Origin: Hyaloraphidium curvatum SAG 235-1 | Taxonomy: Eukaryota > Fungi > Monoblepharomycota | Direction: 5' to 3' | NCBI GenBank assembly: GCA_025558095.1 | Contig: JAIVFI010000008.1 | Location: 744,001-808,000, forward strand | DNA length: 64,000 bases | Shown: positions 47,743-58,471 of the stretch, one piece after another | Layout of the letters: every line of letters begins with the position of its first letter | Position numbering within the stretch: the first letter of the stretch is position 1 | Notes under the pieces: model-generated | Told to the model about the DNA's origin: nothing | The model's input: the letters and a program-made list of their open reading frames with translations, nothing else | Database searches by the model: none | Program-made: the position numbers and the translations under genes

Positions 47743-48348
47743 CGCGGAGAGGGGGAGCTGGGCCGCGATGCGCTCGGGGAGGCTCGTGGGACGGGCAGAC
47801 GGAGCGGAGTCTGGCAGCCGCAACAGCCGAAAGCGATCTCCTGGTTCCCCATGCAGCACGCCTCAAACTCCAACAGATCGAAGCGAAAAATGTCATGAAT
47901 CGTACTCCGATGTTCAGAAGCTTTGCTGCAGCACGATGCTTGCCCCTGCAGGTGGATTTGCGTCGTCAAGAGGCCAACAGGGGCAAGATACTTCTGCGAA
48001 TCGCGATTCCTCGGTAACTTGGCCTCTACTGTTTTCCAGAGAACCACCTGGATCACGATGGCCATGTTCTCGGAAGAGACCGTCCTCAGTGAGTGAGGAT
48101 GAGCAATCGTTGAGTGGTCGCGAAGTGCCGGGGCCGGTACGGGCCCGACGCGCCCAACAAGGCAAGCTCCACCTGGATCGTGGCATTCGAGGGATGGATG
48201 CCGTTTGCTAGCCCTCTGATTGGCATCCGACCTCCGATGGCTGTGACGTATCGCTAGGGACCTTCAAAACCAGGGGACTCCGAAAGTCCCTATAGAGGAC
48301 GCCGCACGATTCCCAACCAGGGAACACACCAATCGCGCCTCCGACACG

Positions 48349-51300
48349 ATGAGGCGACCGCGATTCGCAGCCATCGCGCTGATCCTCGCGCTTGCGCCGT
48401 CGCCCGGCCCGGCGCACGCGCTGCCCGGCCTCCGCCGCCGGCAGGTCGAGTACGACGATGCCGCGGCGGCCGGCGCGCGGCCCCTCGGCGGATGGGGCGG
48501 CGCCGCGCCGTGGGATGTTTCGAACGCCGCGGCCGCAAGGAAAGCCGCGGGCGCCGCGTCGGACAAGGCCATCCGCGCGGCGCTCTCGTCCGGCGACCTC
48601 GACTGCCCCGCCTTCGTCCTCGGCGGCGGCAAGAACAAGGAGGACCCGATGCTGCCGTTCCTCGACGGAGAAGACTGCGACGGCAAGCGGCTCGCGCGGC
48701 TGCACTTCGCCAACGGCTCGGCGATCGTGCCCGGCCTGGTCGGCGCGTGCAGGTCCGAGCCCGGGTTCGACGTGCTGTCGGACGAGGGCAGGTGGCTCGC
48801 GGCGCCGGCGACCGAGATCCTGGACGTGCCCGCCGGCGTGCGCGACCCCAAGCTGACGATGGACTTCTACGTGTCCCGGAAGGGGGTCGATGGCCTGCGA
48901 AGGAGCAACTGCGAAAGCTCCGACCGCGCGGGCGAGGCGCCCGAGTGGTACACCGCCTGGCTGCAGGGCAAGCTGCTGCGCCTTTCGGTCTCGTGCGACG
49001 ACGGCGGCGTCGAGGGCTACCTGTACTTCGTCTGGTCGCGCCCGCAGACCGAAGGCACAACCGACGAGGGCAACCAAATAACGGCCTTCAAGTGCAAGGG
49101 CGGCAGGGCCGTCGCCGTCTCGAGCATCGGCGGCGGCAACGACGACGAGGAAAGCGGCGAGGAGGACGGCGGGGACGGCAGCGGGACCGACGACGAGGCG
49201 GAGGAGCCGACAAAGACCAAGCCCGCCGTGCCCGTCGACCCCTACACCCCCGGGCCAGAGGCCGAGGCGATGCCGGCCGTGATGCCCACGGATGCGGGTG
49301 CCCCGACGGATGTCTCGACCGACACCCCGATCGTGCTCCTTGCCACCCCTATGCCCCTCGGCAGCGGGCCCGCCGACTCGGGGGCGGCGCCGGAAGACGA
49401 GGACGACGACAGCAGCCCCTCCGACGGCGCGAAGCCCCTGGCGATCCCCGTGGTCGCCGGCAGCGGCGATGGGGACGGAACCGACACCTCCCAGGCCGCG
49501 CCCAAGGTCGGCCAAGGCGACGACCCCAGCGTGCCGACCCCCACCGCGATCGAGGACTCCACGGGCGACCCGGTCCCCGTGGCCGCACCCGCGGGCGCCG
49601 ACCACCCGCCGTGCCCGACCCTCCCGGTGACCACGAACGGCCGCTGCGGGGAGGACTACGGGGCGCGGTGCCCCGACGGGTTCTGCTGCTCCGCCTGGGG
49701 ATGGTGCGTCGCGCTTGCCCTGCCGTTCGCGCATCCGCTGACCTCCTTGCGCCGTTGCTTTCAGGTGTCAGGACGACGGCGGCGAGGACAGCGCGGACTG
49801 GTGCGGCCCCGGCTGCCAGATCGGCTTCGGAAAGTGCTTCTACCAGGGCCCCGTGGCGGACGTCTGCCGCTCCGCGCGCGAGTTCACCATGACCTCGGTG
49901 TCGGCGAGCACCACCGTGTACGCGGCGTGCACGACGATGCCCGAGAGCAAGGACGGGAGGTGCGGGCGCAATGCGGGGACGAGGTGCGCGGACGGGACGT
50001 GCTGCAGCCAGTGGGGGTGGTGCCAGAACAACGGCGAGAACGACGGCCAGGCGTGGTGCGGCGACGGATGCCAGGTGCGTTCCCTGCCTTCCCTTGATGG
50101 ATTGATGGCTGACTTCCTCCCCGCGCAAGGTGGGCTACGGCAAATGCTTCATGGGCCACGGCGTTCCCCCGCGCGACTTCGTCTGCCCCACCGGGCTCGA
50201 GCCCACGCCGACCGAGTACTCCCTCACCTGGGTTTCCAAGTCGACGCCGGTGTACATGGCGTGCACGGGGGTGCCGCTGAGCGGCGACGGCCGGTGCGGG
50301 AAGAACACTGGGACGAGGTGCAGGGAGGGGACGTGCTGTTCCGAGTGGGGATACTGCCAAGGTGCGCGGCACGATACGAAAGATCGATGCATGTGCTGAC
50401 GCCGTACTTCATGGGCAGACGACGGCGGCGATTCGGGCGAGTCCTGGTGCGGCACCGGATGCCAGCTCGGCTTCGGCAAATGCTTCGTTGGGACCGCACC
50501 TCTCCGCACGGACTTTGCCTGCCCCTCCTCGGCCCCCGCGGAGCCGACCTCCGGGGACTGGGCGCCCACGCGCATCTCGCGCGCGACGCCGGTGTACCAG
50601 GCCTGCCCGACCATCCCCGTCAGCGAGGACGGCCGGTGCGGGAAGGAGTTCGGGACGAGGTGCCCGGCGGGGATATGCTGCAGCCAGTGGTAGGATTCGC
50701 GCGCCGTGCTCTTGGACGTTGTGACGCTGACTCTGGGGATCGCAGGGGCTGGTGTCAGGATGACGGCGGCGATTCCGGGGTCTCGTGGTGCGGAGCTGGT
50801 TGCCAGGTGCGTCAATCCCCGTTGAATGCGCAAGCGGAGCTCACACGCGTGCACAATTAAGCTCGGGTACGGCAAGTGCTTCGTCGGGAAGGCGCCGCTG
50901 TCTACCGCTTGGTGCGGGGCGACGGCGGCATCGGAGCCGACGGCGCCTGCCCAGGGGACGACCGCCGCTGCTCCCGAGACCACGGCCGCTGCGCTCGGGA
51001 CAACTGCTGCAGCTCAGTTCACCACCGCTGCTCCCGTCGTCGTCGAAGTGACGACCACCGCGGTTCCCACGACGACGAGCACGACGACGCGGACGCGCAC
51101 GACCGTCACCACCACGGCGACGCCTTCGTCCCTGGTCCCCATGCTGCTCTCGGCCGACGGCCGCTCAGCCAAAGAGCGCGCCGTCACGGTCGCCGGCCCC
51201 GAAGTGCGGCTGGTCGGCCTCGCGCAGCCCGTGTCGTCGGCCAACAAGGTGGTAATCTACCAGCAGCGCGACGGGGAGCAGGAGAGGCAGCAGGTCTCGG

Positions 51301-52634
51301 TGCTTCAGAGCACGGCCGGTACGGGCAACTTTACCTTCGATACCAAGCTGGAGGACGGGACCTACGCATTCTGGTTCGAGTCTTTCGTGGGCACGTCCGA
51401 AGCCTACAAGATCGTCGTGGACTCGACGGTGCCCGAGGACCCCGTGCTCAAGAGCGTCAATGGACAGGATCCCGGCTCGTTCGAAAAGAGCGACACGGCC
51501 GTGCTCACCTTCGAGGGCACCGGTGGACGCGGCTCCACCATCCACGTCTACGCCGACGACGGAAGCTCCAAGGTCAAGGTCGGATCCGGGCCGTGCGAAG
51601 GCGAGTTCAAGGTCACCACCGAATCGGTTGACGACGGCGAGTACGTCTACACGGTCCGCGCGGAGTCACCCGGCGGCAAGGAGTCGGAGGGGTCCGCCTC
51701 GGTCCTCGGCGGCAAGCCCGTGCGCATTTCCAAGCCCGAGGCCGGGCCTTCCAAGGGCTGCACGCTGTTCGAGGAGAGCTTCGCCGGCGCCTCGCTCGAG
51801 GGCCCGCAGTTCATCGCCCTCGGGGATGCCTGCCTCAGCGGGATGGAGTCGAGGACCAGGGATCCCTACGCCGAGAACAACGTGGTCGGATGCAACCGCG
51901 ACTACCCCGTGGCGCCCAAGGGCTTCTTGCAGCTCACGTCGGCGGCCAACTGGCAGACGGGGGCGATCCTGCTGAACGACGCCATCCGCGGAGGGGACGG
52001 ATTCGAGGTCACGGTCGACCTGTACCAGTACGGCGGCAACGGCGCGGACGGGATCGCCTTCTTCCTCGTGGACGGCGAGGCGACCCTGACGGAAGCCGGC
52101 GGATTCGGGGGCTCACTCGGCTACGCTCAGTACAACAACGGCCGCCTGCGCAACGGCGTCAGCAAAGGCTACATCGGCGTCGGCTTCGACGCCTTTGGCA
52201 ACTTTGCAAAGGACACCGAGGGCCGCGGCTCGGCCACCAAGGGCGGCAACTGCCTCCCGTCCAACCGCACGGACCAGTACTCGCCCAACTCCATCACCAT
52301 CCGCGGGCCGGGAGACGGCACGCTGGGCTACTGCTGGCTCGGGACGAACGTGCTCCCGCAGTCGGGCACAAACCAGCGCTTCCTCCGCGCCGGCTCGGTC
52401 GAGAAGGGGCGGCGGACGGCGCGCATCACCCTGACCCCCGCGGAAGGAGGTGCGGCCAAGTTCCGCGTCGAGATGGACTACGGCGACGGTGCGGGGTACC
52501 GCACGGAGCACGAGCTGGCAGCTCCGACGCCGATCCCGAGCTCTTTCAAGATCGGCCTGACGAGCGGGACGGGAGCGCAGAACGACATGCATTTGGTCAG
52601 CAACCTGGTCGTGCGGAGCAGGAAATCATGTTAA
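48349..52634 (+). CDS. Large secreted protein: unknown N-domain, acidic/Pro linker, four CBM18 (hevein) chitin-binding domains, Thr-rich linker, Ig-like domains, C-terminal L-type lectin-like domain
   Basis: Signal MRRPRFAAIALILALA; four GRCG...C...CCSxWGxC...WCGxGCQxGxGKC repeats (~49610-50885); LEDGTYAF and VDDGEYVYTVRAE Ig-like motifs; LQLTSAANWQTG...GGNGADGIAFFLVD...GYIGVGFDAFGNF...FKIGLTSGTG. Confidence 0.85.
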
Positions 52635-52692
52635 GAGGGACTGGTGCACGTAGAATGCTGCAAGAAGATAGATGATATCAAGCACGTTCTGG

Positions 52693-53871
52693 TCAATCTG
52701 CCCCGTCGCCGACAGCGGACCCATTTTCCAGATCCGTCCCTTCATGGTCGTCATCGTCTTCGTCGATCTCAAACTCGATGGCGTCGAGCCTCGTCCACAT
52801 CATGAGCTCCATCTCCGCCTCGTCCGTCAACCATTCCATCGGGTCAGCCCCCTTCACGAAAACCTTGGATCGCCGCGACGGATGGCCAAGGTGGTTGAAG
52901 ACGGCCTCGATGTCTTCCGAAGGCAGACCGGGAAGGGCGCGGGAAAGCAAGACGCCTTCAAGGTAATCAGGGAGCTCCATCAGGATGCGTGTTGAGGTCC
53001 GCGCGTCACCGATCTCCAGCGTACGAAGGCTCTTCATCGCGCGCAGCACAGGCCATGCTTCGAGCAACATGTCGTCTGCGTCCGTCGCCTGGCCGAGATC
53101 AATTCCGAGATGAGAAAGCTCCAGGGTCTCGAACGAAACCAAGAGCCGGAGATCGCGTACGTCGAGCACCAAGCTGCGGAGCCGACTGACAACGGACGGG
53201 GGTACTTTGTCCAGCTCCGGGATTTGACAGCCTGCGGTCCACGAGAGACTCCAATTGCTCAGATTGGTAGCCTTGCTCAACGAGCTCCACAGAGAAAGCA
53301 CTGCAGCTTCTCCAACGTCCGTCTGAAAGCGAGACAGGAGCGTCGAAAGGCCTGGAGGGAACCAAAAGACCAGGCTGGTCGACGCGTCCTCCTGCTCAGA
53401 CGCTACAACGGCGAATTGGAAGATCACGTGGTCCGACGCAGAGCGCGCAACCTCGTCCAAGCATGACTGGCCGAGCGGATTGCTGCAAATCATGAGCCTC
53501 ACAAGAGATAGCTTAGGGGCAACGGCTCGCAGGAAAGCAGGCTCCAACGACCCTTGAGGCTGCGAGTCGGAGGCATCGAGTTTGACCGCAGACACGAAAC
53601 GAAGCTTCCCTGTGTCCAAAGGGTCATCCAGCAGCAGCTCGTAGTCCTTCTGTGAGCAAAGGTCCTCCCGAGAGTCGATAGGGGGAACGAAAAGGTAGAG
53701 CAAAGGCAAGGCGAGCTGCAAGCACGTCTTGCTCGCGAGCGAGAACTCCTTGAGCGTTCCACGGTCCAAGCGCTGGGCGACCAGGCCCAGGATTTCGGGA
53801 GGGACGACAGAGGGAGCTTCAGAGTCGTCTCGCTCCGCCGCCGGCGCAGGGCGCGGGCCGGGTTCGGCCAT
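52693..53871 (-). CDS. F-box-like + LRR-like protein, paralog of 44034-45245
   Basis: VPPEILGLVAQRLDRGTLKEFSLASKTCLQLALPLLY; shares LLL(E/D)DPLDTGKLR and ADP.EW..DEA..EL.MWT.L.AI.FE with the paralog. Confidence 0.8.
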   Translation of the reverse strand: MAEPGPRPAPAAERDDSEAPSVVPPEILGLVAQRLDRGTLKEFSLASKTCLQLALPLLYLFVPPIDSREDLCSQKDYELLLDDPLDTGKLRFVSAVKLDASDSQPQGSLEPAFLRAVAPKLSLVRLMICSNPLGQSCLDEVARSASDHVIFQFAVVASEQEDASTSLVFWFPPGLSTLLSRFQTDVGEAAVLSLWSSLSKATNLSNWSLSWTAGCQIPELDKVPPSVVSRLRSLVLDVRDLRLLVSFETLELSHLGIDLGQATDADDMLLEAWPVLRAMKSLRTLEIGDARTSTRILMELPDYLEGVLLSRALPGLPSEDIEAVFNHLGHPSRRSKVFVKGADPMEWLTDEAEMELMMWTRLDAIEFEIDEDDDDHEGTDLENGSAVGDGAD

Positions 53872-54442
53872 GTTGGAGGTACGTCCACCGATGACTGGGC
53901 GCATCGGGGTTGGTGCCCAAACGAATCGTCGCTGTGTGTCAAAATCAGAGTTCACGCACGATATTGAAAGGCGCGAGTCTCGGAAGCGCACTCGCGGCTC
54001 AAGTACTCCCGAGCCGGGCGCAAGGTTGGCTTCTCGGCCGGGCTGGTCGCGGAGCCGCAAGGTGGCTTTCGCCAACGGCAACGGCGCAGCGAATAGCTGT
54101 GCATCCCGCCGATCCGATCCGATCCACCATACGGTCGTGCTAATTTGACATGGCCCTTCACATCCTGTGGCTAGGACTCCTTGAGTAATCCACCTTTGGA
54201 CGGCCAGAGTGGCCCCAGGATGAGGGCCATCCACGTGCAGCGAGCTGGATTGATCAAAAGAAGCCATTTACAGCCATCGTGCTTCAATAGATACAATCAA
54301 TAGTCGCTGGAAAATGCCGCAAAAGAAGAGCGCGGCAGGCCGGAGGGGATCCATCGGACTTCGATTCGGGCTCGCCGGCGGCACCCGGGAGACAATCTTC
54401 TGAGCTCTACATCCGGCCCCTCTCTGCCGCCGCCGGATCACG

Positions 54443-55625
54443 ATGACGCCTCCTCCGTCGCGCGGCCGGCGTCTCTTGAACCATTCGAATGGCGCCGGAC
54501 GCGTCTGCTTCATCACGGGAGCGTCATCGCCGCTGGGAATGGGCCACGCTTCCGCGGTGCTCCTCGCACGTGAAGGCGCGCGCGTCGTGGTCTCGGATCT
54601 CCCCAAATTGGAGGAACAGGGGCGAAAAGTCGTCGAAGAAATCGAGAAGGAGGGGGGAAAGGCCATTTGGGTGCCACTGGACGTTGCGGAAGAGTCCCAG
54701 TGGCCCGGAGCCATAGCGGCCGCGGAACAGGCGTTCGGGCCCCTGGACGTCATGGTCGCGAACGCGGGCATTGCGATGGAGTACGAGTCCTACACCGTCA
54801 ATGAGGGCGACAGCCTCATGGACCATCCCACGGCGGATTGGCGGAAGATTCTCGCCGTGAACCAGGTTGGTCGCCCGGATCCTCAACTTCTGTGCTGTCG
54901 CTCAGGAATCCACTCAATCAGGACGGAGTCTACTTTGCGATCAAGTACGGTGGCAAGTCGATGCTCAAGAACCCGGTCAAGGAGGGCAAATCCATAATCG
55001 TGATCTCCTCGACCGCCGGCTTCACCGGGCAGTTCGGCTTCGCGTGTGAGCTCGAATTCTGCGAAGAAGTCTTGCACTCTCTCAACCGGTTTCCGATGCC
55101 AGACACGGCCTCCAAGTTTGCTGTTCGGGGAATGACGAAGCGTGAGGATGCAGCAATGGACTACCTCGCGTTTGCTCATTGACCCGTGCTCAGACGCCGC
55201 AGCGTACATGGCGAGACATAACATTCGCGTCAACAGCGTTCACGTTGAGTCCGTTCTCCGTCGGCTTGGTTCCACAGGCTGACGCCTCCCCCCCCCCCTT
55301 AGCCCAACTTCATCCGCACCTCGATCCCCGCCCCCTTCTTCCTTCGCGGCGGTCGCAAACCGACACGCGAGGAGATCCAGAAGGTCGTCACCAACCTCCA
55401 GAACGGGAGCCCGCAGCGCCGGTGGGGAACGCCCGAGGAGGTGGCCTACCTCATTGCGTACCTCGCGAGCGACGAGAGCAGCTTCACTACTGGTGCGTTC
55501 GCCCGCCCTTCGAGGCATGTACAGTAGCTGATGCGCGTGCAGGGACCGAGCACGTGTTGGATGGCGGCTTTTTGACGGTCGCGGGGTACGGCGAGAACCC
55601 GTTCAAGGTCGAGAGCAAGCTCTGA
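54443..55625 (+). CDS. Classical short-chain dehydrogenase/reductase, multi-exon
   Basis: ITGASSPLGMG, LDV, VANAGI, SSTAG, intron-split YxxxK region (TASKFAVRGMTK), IRVNSVH, GTPEEVAY, VLDGG. Confidence 0.87.
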
Positions 55626-55816
55626 GTATGATTACCTAGATGTTGTTGCAGCGTCATTCTAGTCTGCTAGTACATAGTGGAGCGATGACTCGGAGATGAG
55701 ATCCGGTTGCTCGCTCGGCATTGTTTACCGACGCGTCCAAGATCCAGCGCGCGATTGCTTCAATCTCCGACCCTATTCGAGCAGCCTGACGCTGGAATCG
55801 AACACATCGTATCGAC

Positions 55817-56836
55817 ATGACTGCCCTATCCGTGTCGGCGGCCCCGGAGAAGCTCCGTCGCCTCCTCCGAGCCTCGCTCCTCTCCCTTCCGCCGACACGC
55901 GCGGTGCTCCTCTCGGGCGGCCTCGACACCTCGGCCCTCGTAACTCTTGTAATGGACGACCCCGAGCTGCGCGCTCTCCATCCCTTGGAGGACGCGGTGA
56001 CCATCGGGACGGCGGACTGCAGGGATATCCCCGCCGCGGCAAAGATTGCCGCGAGGTACGGGCTGCGTCACCACGTGATACCGCTCGACGCGGAGGAAGT
56101 GCTCTCTTCCGAAGAGGAATCGCCGCTGCACGTCGCCGTGCGCGCCCTGCGGACATTCGACCCCATGGAGCTCCGGAATGCGGCTTGTGTGGCCGCGTGC
56201 CTACTCCGGGCAAAGGAGCTCGGTATCCCGCGTGTGATCACGGGGGATGGAGCCGACGAGCTTTTCGCGGGATATTCTTTCCTACTCGGCATGGAACCGG
56301 ACCGGATGCGGGCATACATGGAGCGGATGTGGAAGACGATGCGATTCTCGGCCAAGGACCTCGGCGAGGCCATCGGGGTTGGGGTTCTGCAGCCTTTCCT
56401 GCATCCGGACGTGCTGCAATTTGCGAGGACGTTGGAGCACAAGGACCTCGTGGGGACAGGTCCGGACGGGGAGAGGACGGGGAAGATGGCGCTCCGCCTC
56501 GCCGTCCTGACTTGCGACTCGGCCTGGAGGAAGAAGGAGCCCGTCGAAGGGGGAAGCGGGATGACCCAGGAATCGCAAGCCTTGTTCGCGTCCCGCGCGC
56601 TCGCAGAGGAGGATGTGCGAGAAGCGAAGGAGCGGCACGGCGTGGTGATCAGGGACGTGGAGCACCTGGCCTACTTCCGCGCCTTCGTCGCGGCGTTTGC
56701 CCGGTCGGACGGGACGATCGAACTGCCTGGGATCCCACGGCATGGCAGCGATCCGTGCAAGGACTGCGGGTGGCAGCTGCAGGCCCCGACACAGGACTTT
56801 TGCGTGGTGTGCGGATCGTTTCCGGGCAGGGCTTGA
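55817..56836 (+). CDS. Asparagine synthase C-terminal (synthetase-only) domain protein with C-terminal Cys4 zinc ribbon, intronless
   Basis: LLSGGLDTS PP-loop, TGDGADELFAGY, QPFLHP, GKMALR, WRKKEPVEGGSG; CKDCG...CVVCG at the end; no Ntn glutaminase domain. Confidence 0.85.
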   Translation: MTALSVSAAPEKLRRLLRASLLSLPPTRAVLLSGGLDTSALVTLVMDDPELRALHPLEDAVTIGTADCRDIPAAAKIAARYGLRHHVIPLDAEEVLSSEEESPLHVAVRALRTFDPMELRNAACVAACLLRAKELGIPRVITGDGADELFAGYSFLLGMEPDRMRAYMERMWKTMRFSAKDLGEAIGVGVLQPFLHPDVLQFARTLEHKDLVGTGPDGERTGKMALRLAVLTCDSAWRKKEPVEGGSGMTQESQALFASRALAEEDVREAKERHGVVIRDVEHLAYFRAFVAAFARSDGTIELPGIPRHGSDPCKDCGWQLQAPTQDFCVVCGSFPGRA

Positions 56837-56856
56837 GGGTTGCGCATCAATTCAAA

Positions 56857-57654
56857 TCACTTTGCCTTCGCACGCTTCCTGCTTGATTGCTGGCGGCTCT
56901 GGGCGAAACTGGGATCCGCCACGTCCGCATCGGCCGCCGTTTCCGCTTCCTCCATATGGACTTCCTCAAGTCCGACGACAGGGTCGTCCAGCTTTCCGAA
57001 AGCGTCCAAACCCAGCCTGCCAAACGATTCTTCAACGGCCGCCTTCAGCTTGGCCATCTCGGGCCCGATCGTCCCGCTTGCACCGAGCGCCGCCTCGAGC
57101 TCCACGATCTTGGCCACAACTCCCGCGGCAATCCCCCTGGCGGGACCGTACGCCACCCTCGCCGCGTACCGGAGGGCAGCGCGGACGTCGCTGCTCCCCA
57201 GGGGGTCCGCGGGGTTGAACTTTTCCTTGCCGGCCCAGATGCGCGAAAAGACCGCCATCGCGCGTTCGTCCGGCTTCCCGAGGCGGTACCACGACCCGGT
57301 CGCTGTCTTGATGAGGTTGCCCCTGGCGTCCGCGACCTCGGAGGTCGTCAGACCGCTTCTTTCCCCGCCCGTGATGCGGATCCGCTGGTCGTTCGTAAGC
57401 ACCCAGCCGTCCCCGAGGTCCGTGACCTGCTCCCCGCCGGGCGGCAGCTCCATCGACCGCGTCGATGGCGGCGTGAGCATCTCCTCGCGGTCGGCGGCGA
57501 GGCCCCATTCCAGCTCGCCCGTGTTGAGGCAGTTCGGGATGGTGCGGACGCGTTTGGTGCCGCCCAGCCGAGCGCGCCGCGCGGGTTTCCCGGCGGGGGA
57601 AGCGGAGGCGGATTTGAGAATGCCGCGGGGGCGTCGTCTGGGGGAGTCGGCCAT
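56857..57654 (-). CDS. Hypothetical protein with a SANTA/DUF6634-like beta segment and basic termini
   Basis: Open frame from MADSPRRRPRGILK; segment DGWVLTNDQRIRITGG...TTSEV...LIKTATGSWYRLGKP. Confidence 0.6.
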   Translation of the reverse strand: MADSPRRRPRGILKSASASPAGKPARRARLGGTKRVRTIPNCLNTGELEWGLAADREEMLTPPSTRSMELPPGGEQVTDLGDGWVLTNDQRIRITGGERSGLTTSEVADARGNLIKTATGSWYRLGKPDERAMAVFSRIWAGKEKFNPADPLGSSDVRAALRYAARVAYGPARGIAAGVVAKIVELEAALGASGTIGPEMAKLKAAVEESFGRLGLDAFGKLDDPVVGLEEVHMEEAETAADADVADPSFAQSRQQSSRKRAKAK

Positions 57655-58471
57655 GTTCGGCTGCGATTCGGCCGGTGATGCGGAGGGGACGTTGAGAGTG
57701 GCGCTGACGCGTGGCGCGCGCGCTGGGCTCACAGTTCACGACGAATCCCGCCGGAAACGTGTGGCAAACTGGAGCGAAGATGATTTCGCAGTGATCCACT
57801 GCCCACAGGCGGGACTATATGCCTGGATCTGCCGGGGCGGTGCCGTCGGGGCTTCGGTCGGGTGTTCGCTATGTCAGTCGGGGCTTGTCCACGCGGTCGA
57901 GACGGTGCGGCGATCGAGCCCAAGCAGGTGGTGCTCTCGTCATTTCGAATACAGCAATCTCAGACTGTCTCTGGTGTTGTTCGACCTCCGCCTGTCGCTA
58001 CTTCCATCGTTTGTTTCTTTACCCGAGTCCGACGCGGCTTGACTTCCTTGCCCCTACTGCATTGGCCAATCCTGCCCCACATCGCGCCTCTGGATAATGT
58101 CGTCCGACGCTGAAACGATCGCGAAAAAGTACCCTCCTCACTTTCGGCGGCTATTCACGGCGGGTCTCGCCGAGCCGGGGCACGGCTCCGCGGCCAACCT
58201 GCACACCGCGTCGGCCGGTTTCGCGCTCTCGGACGCGCCGCTGCTCGCCGATTTGGCATGCGAAATCACTTTGGAACACGGTGACCCGCGGAAACCGGCG
58301 TCGGCGGCCACGATACACGCGCTGCATCATCGAGGGCGGTTTGCCCCTGCACGATCAAACATCACGGCCGGCCAGCAACGCTTGACGCCGAGCCTCCGAT
58401 GTCGAGCTAAACTGTCGCAGGATCGATGGCCGCGAGCGTGATGGCCGCCGTACATCAGGGGGACTCCGAGC

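Noticed and set aside
53872-54267. N-terminal extension of the 524-aa ORF
   Set aside because: The paralog at 44034 begins at the equivalent of ATG 53871.
58097-58441. 114-aa plus-strand ORF
   Set aside because: Short, with no motif or paralog; cannot be distinguished from chance.
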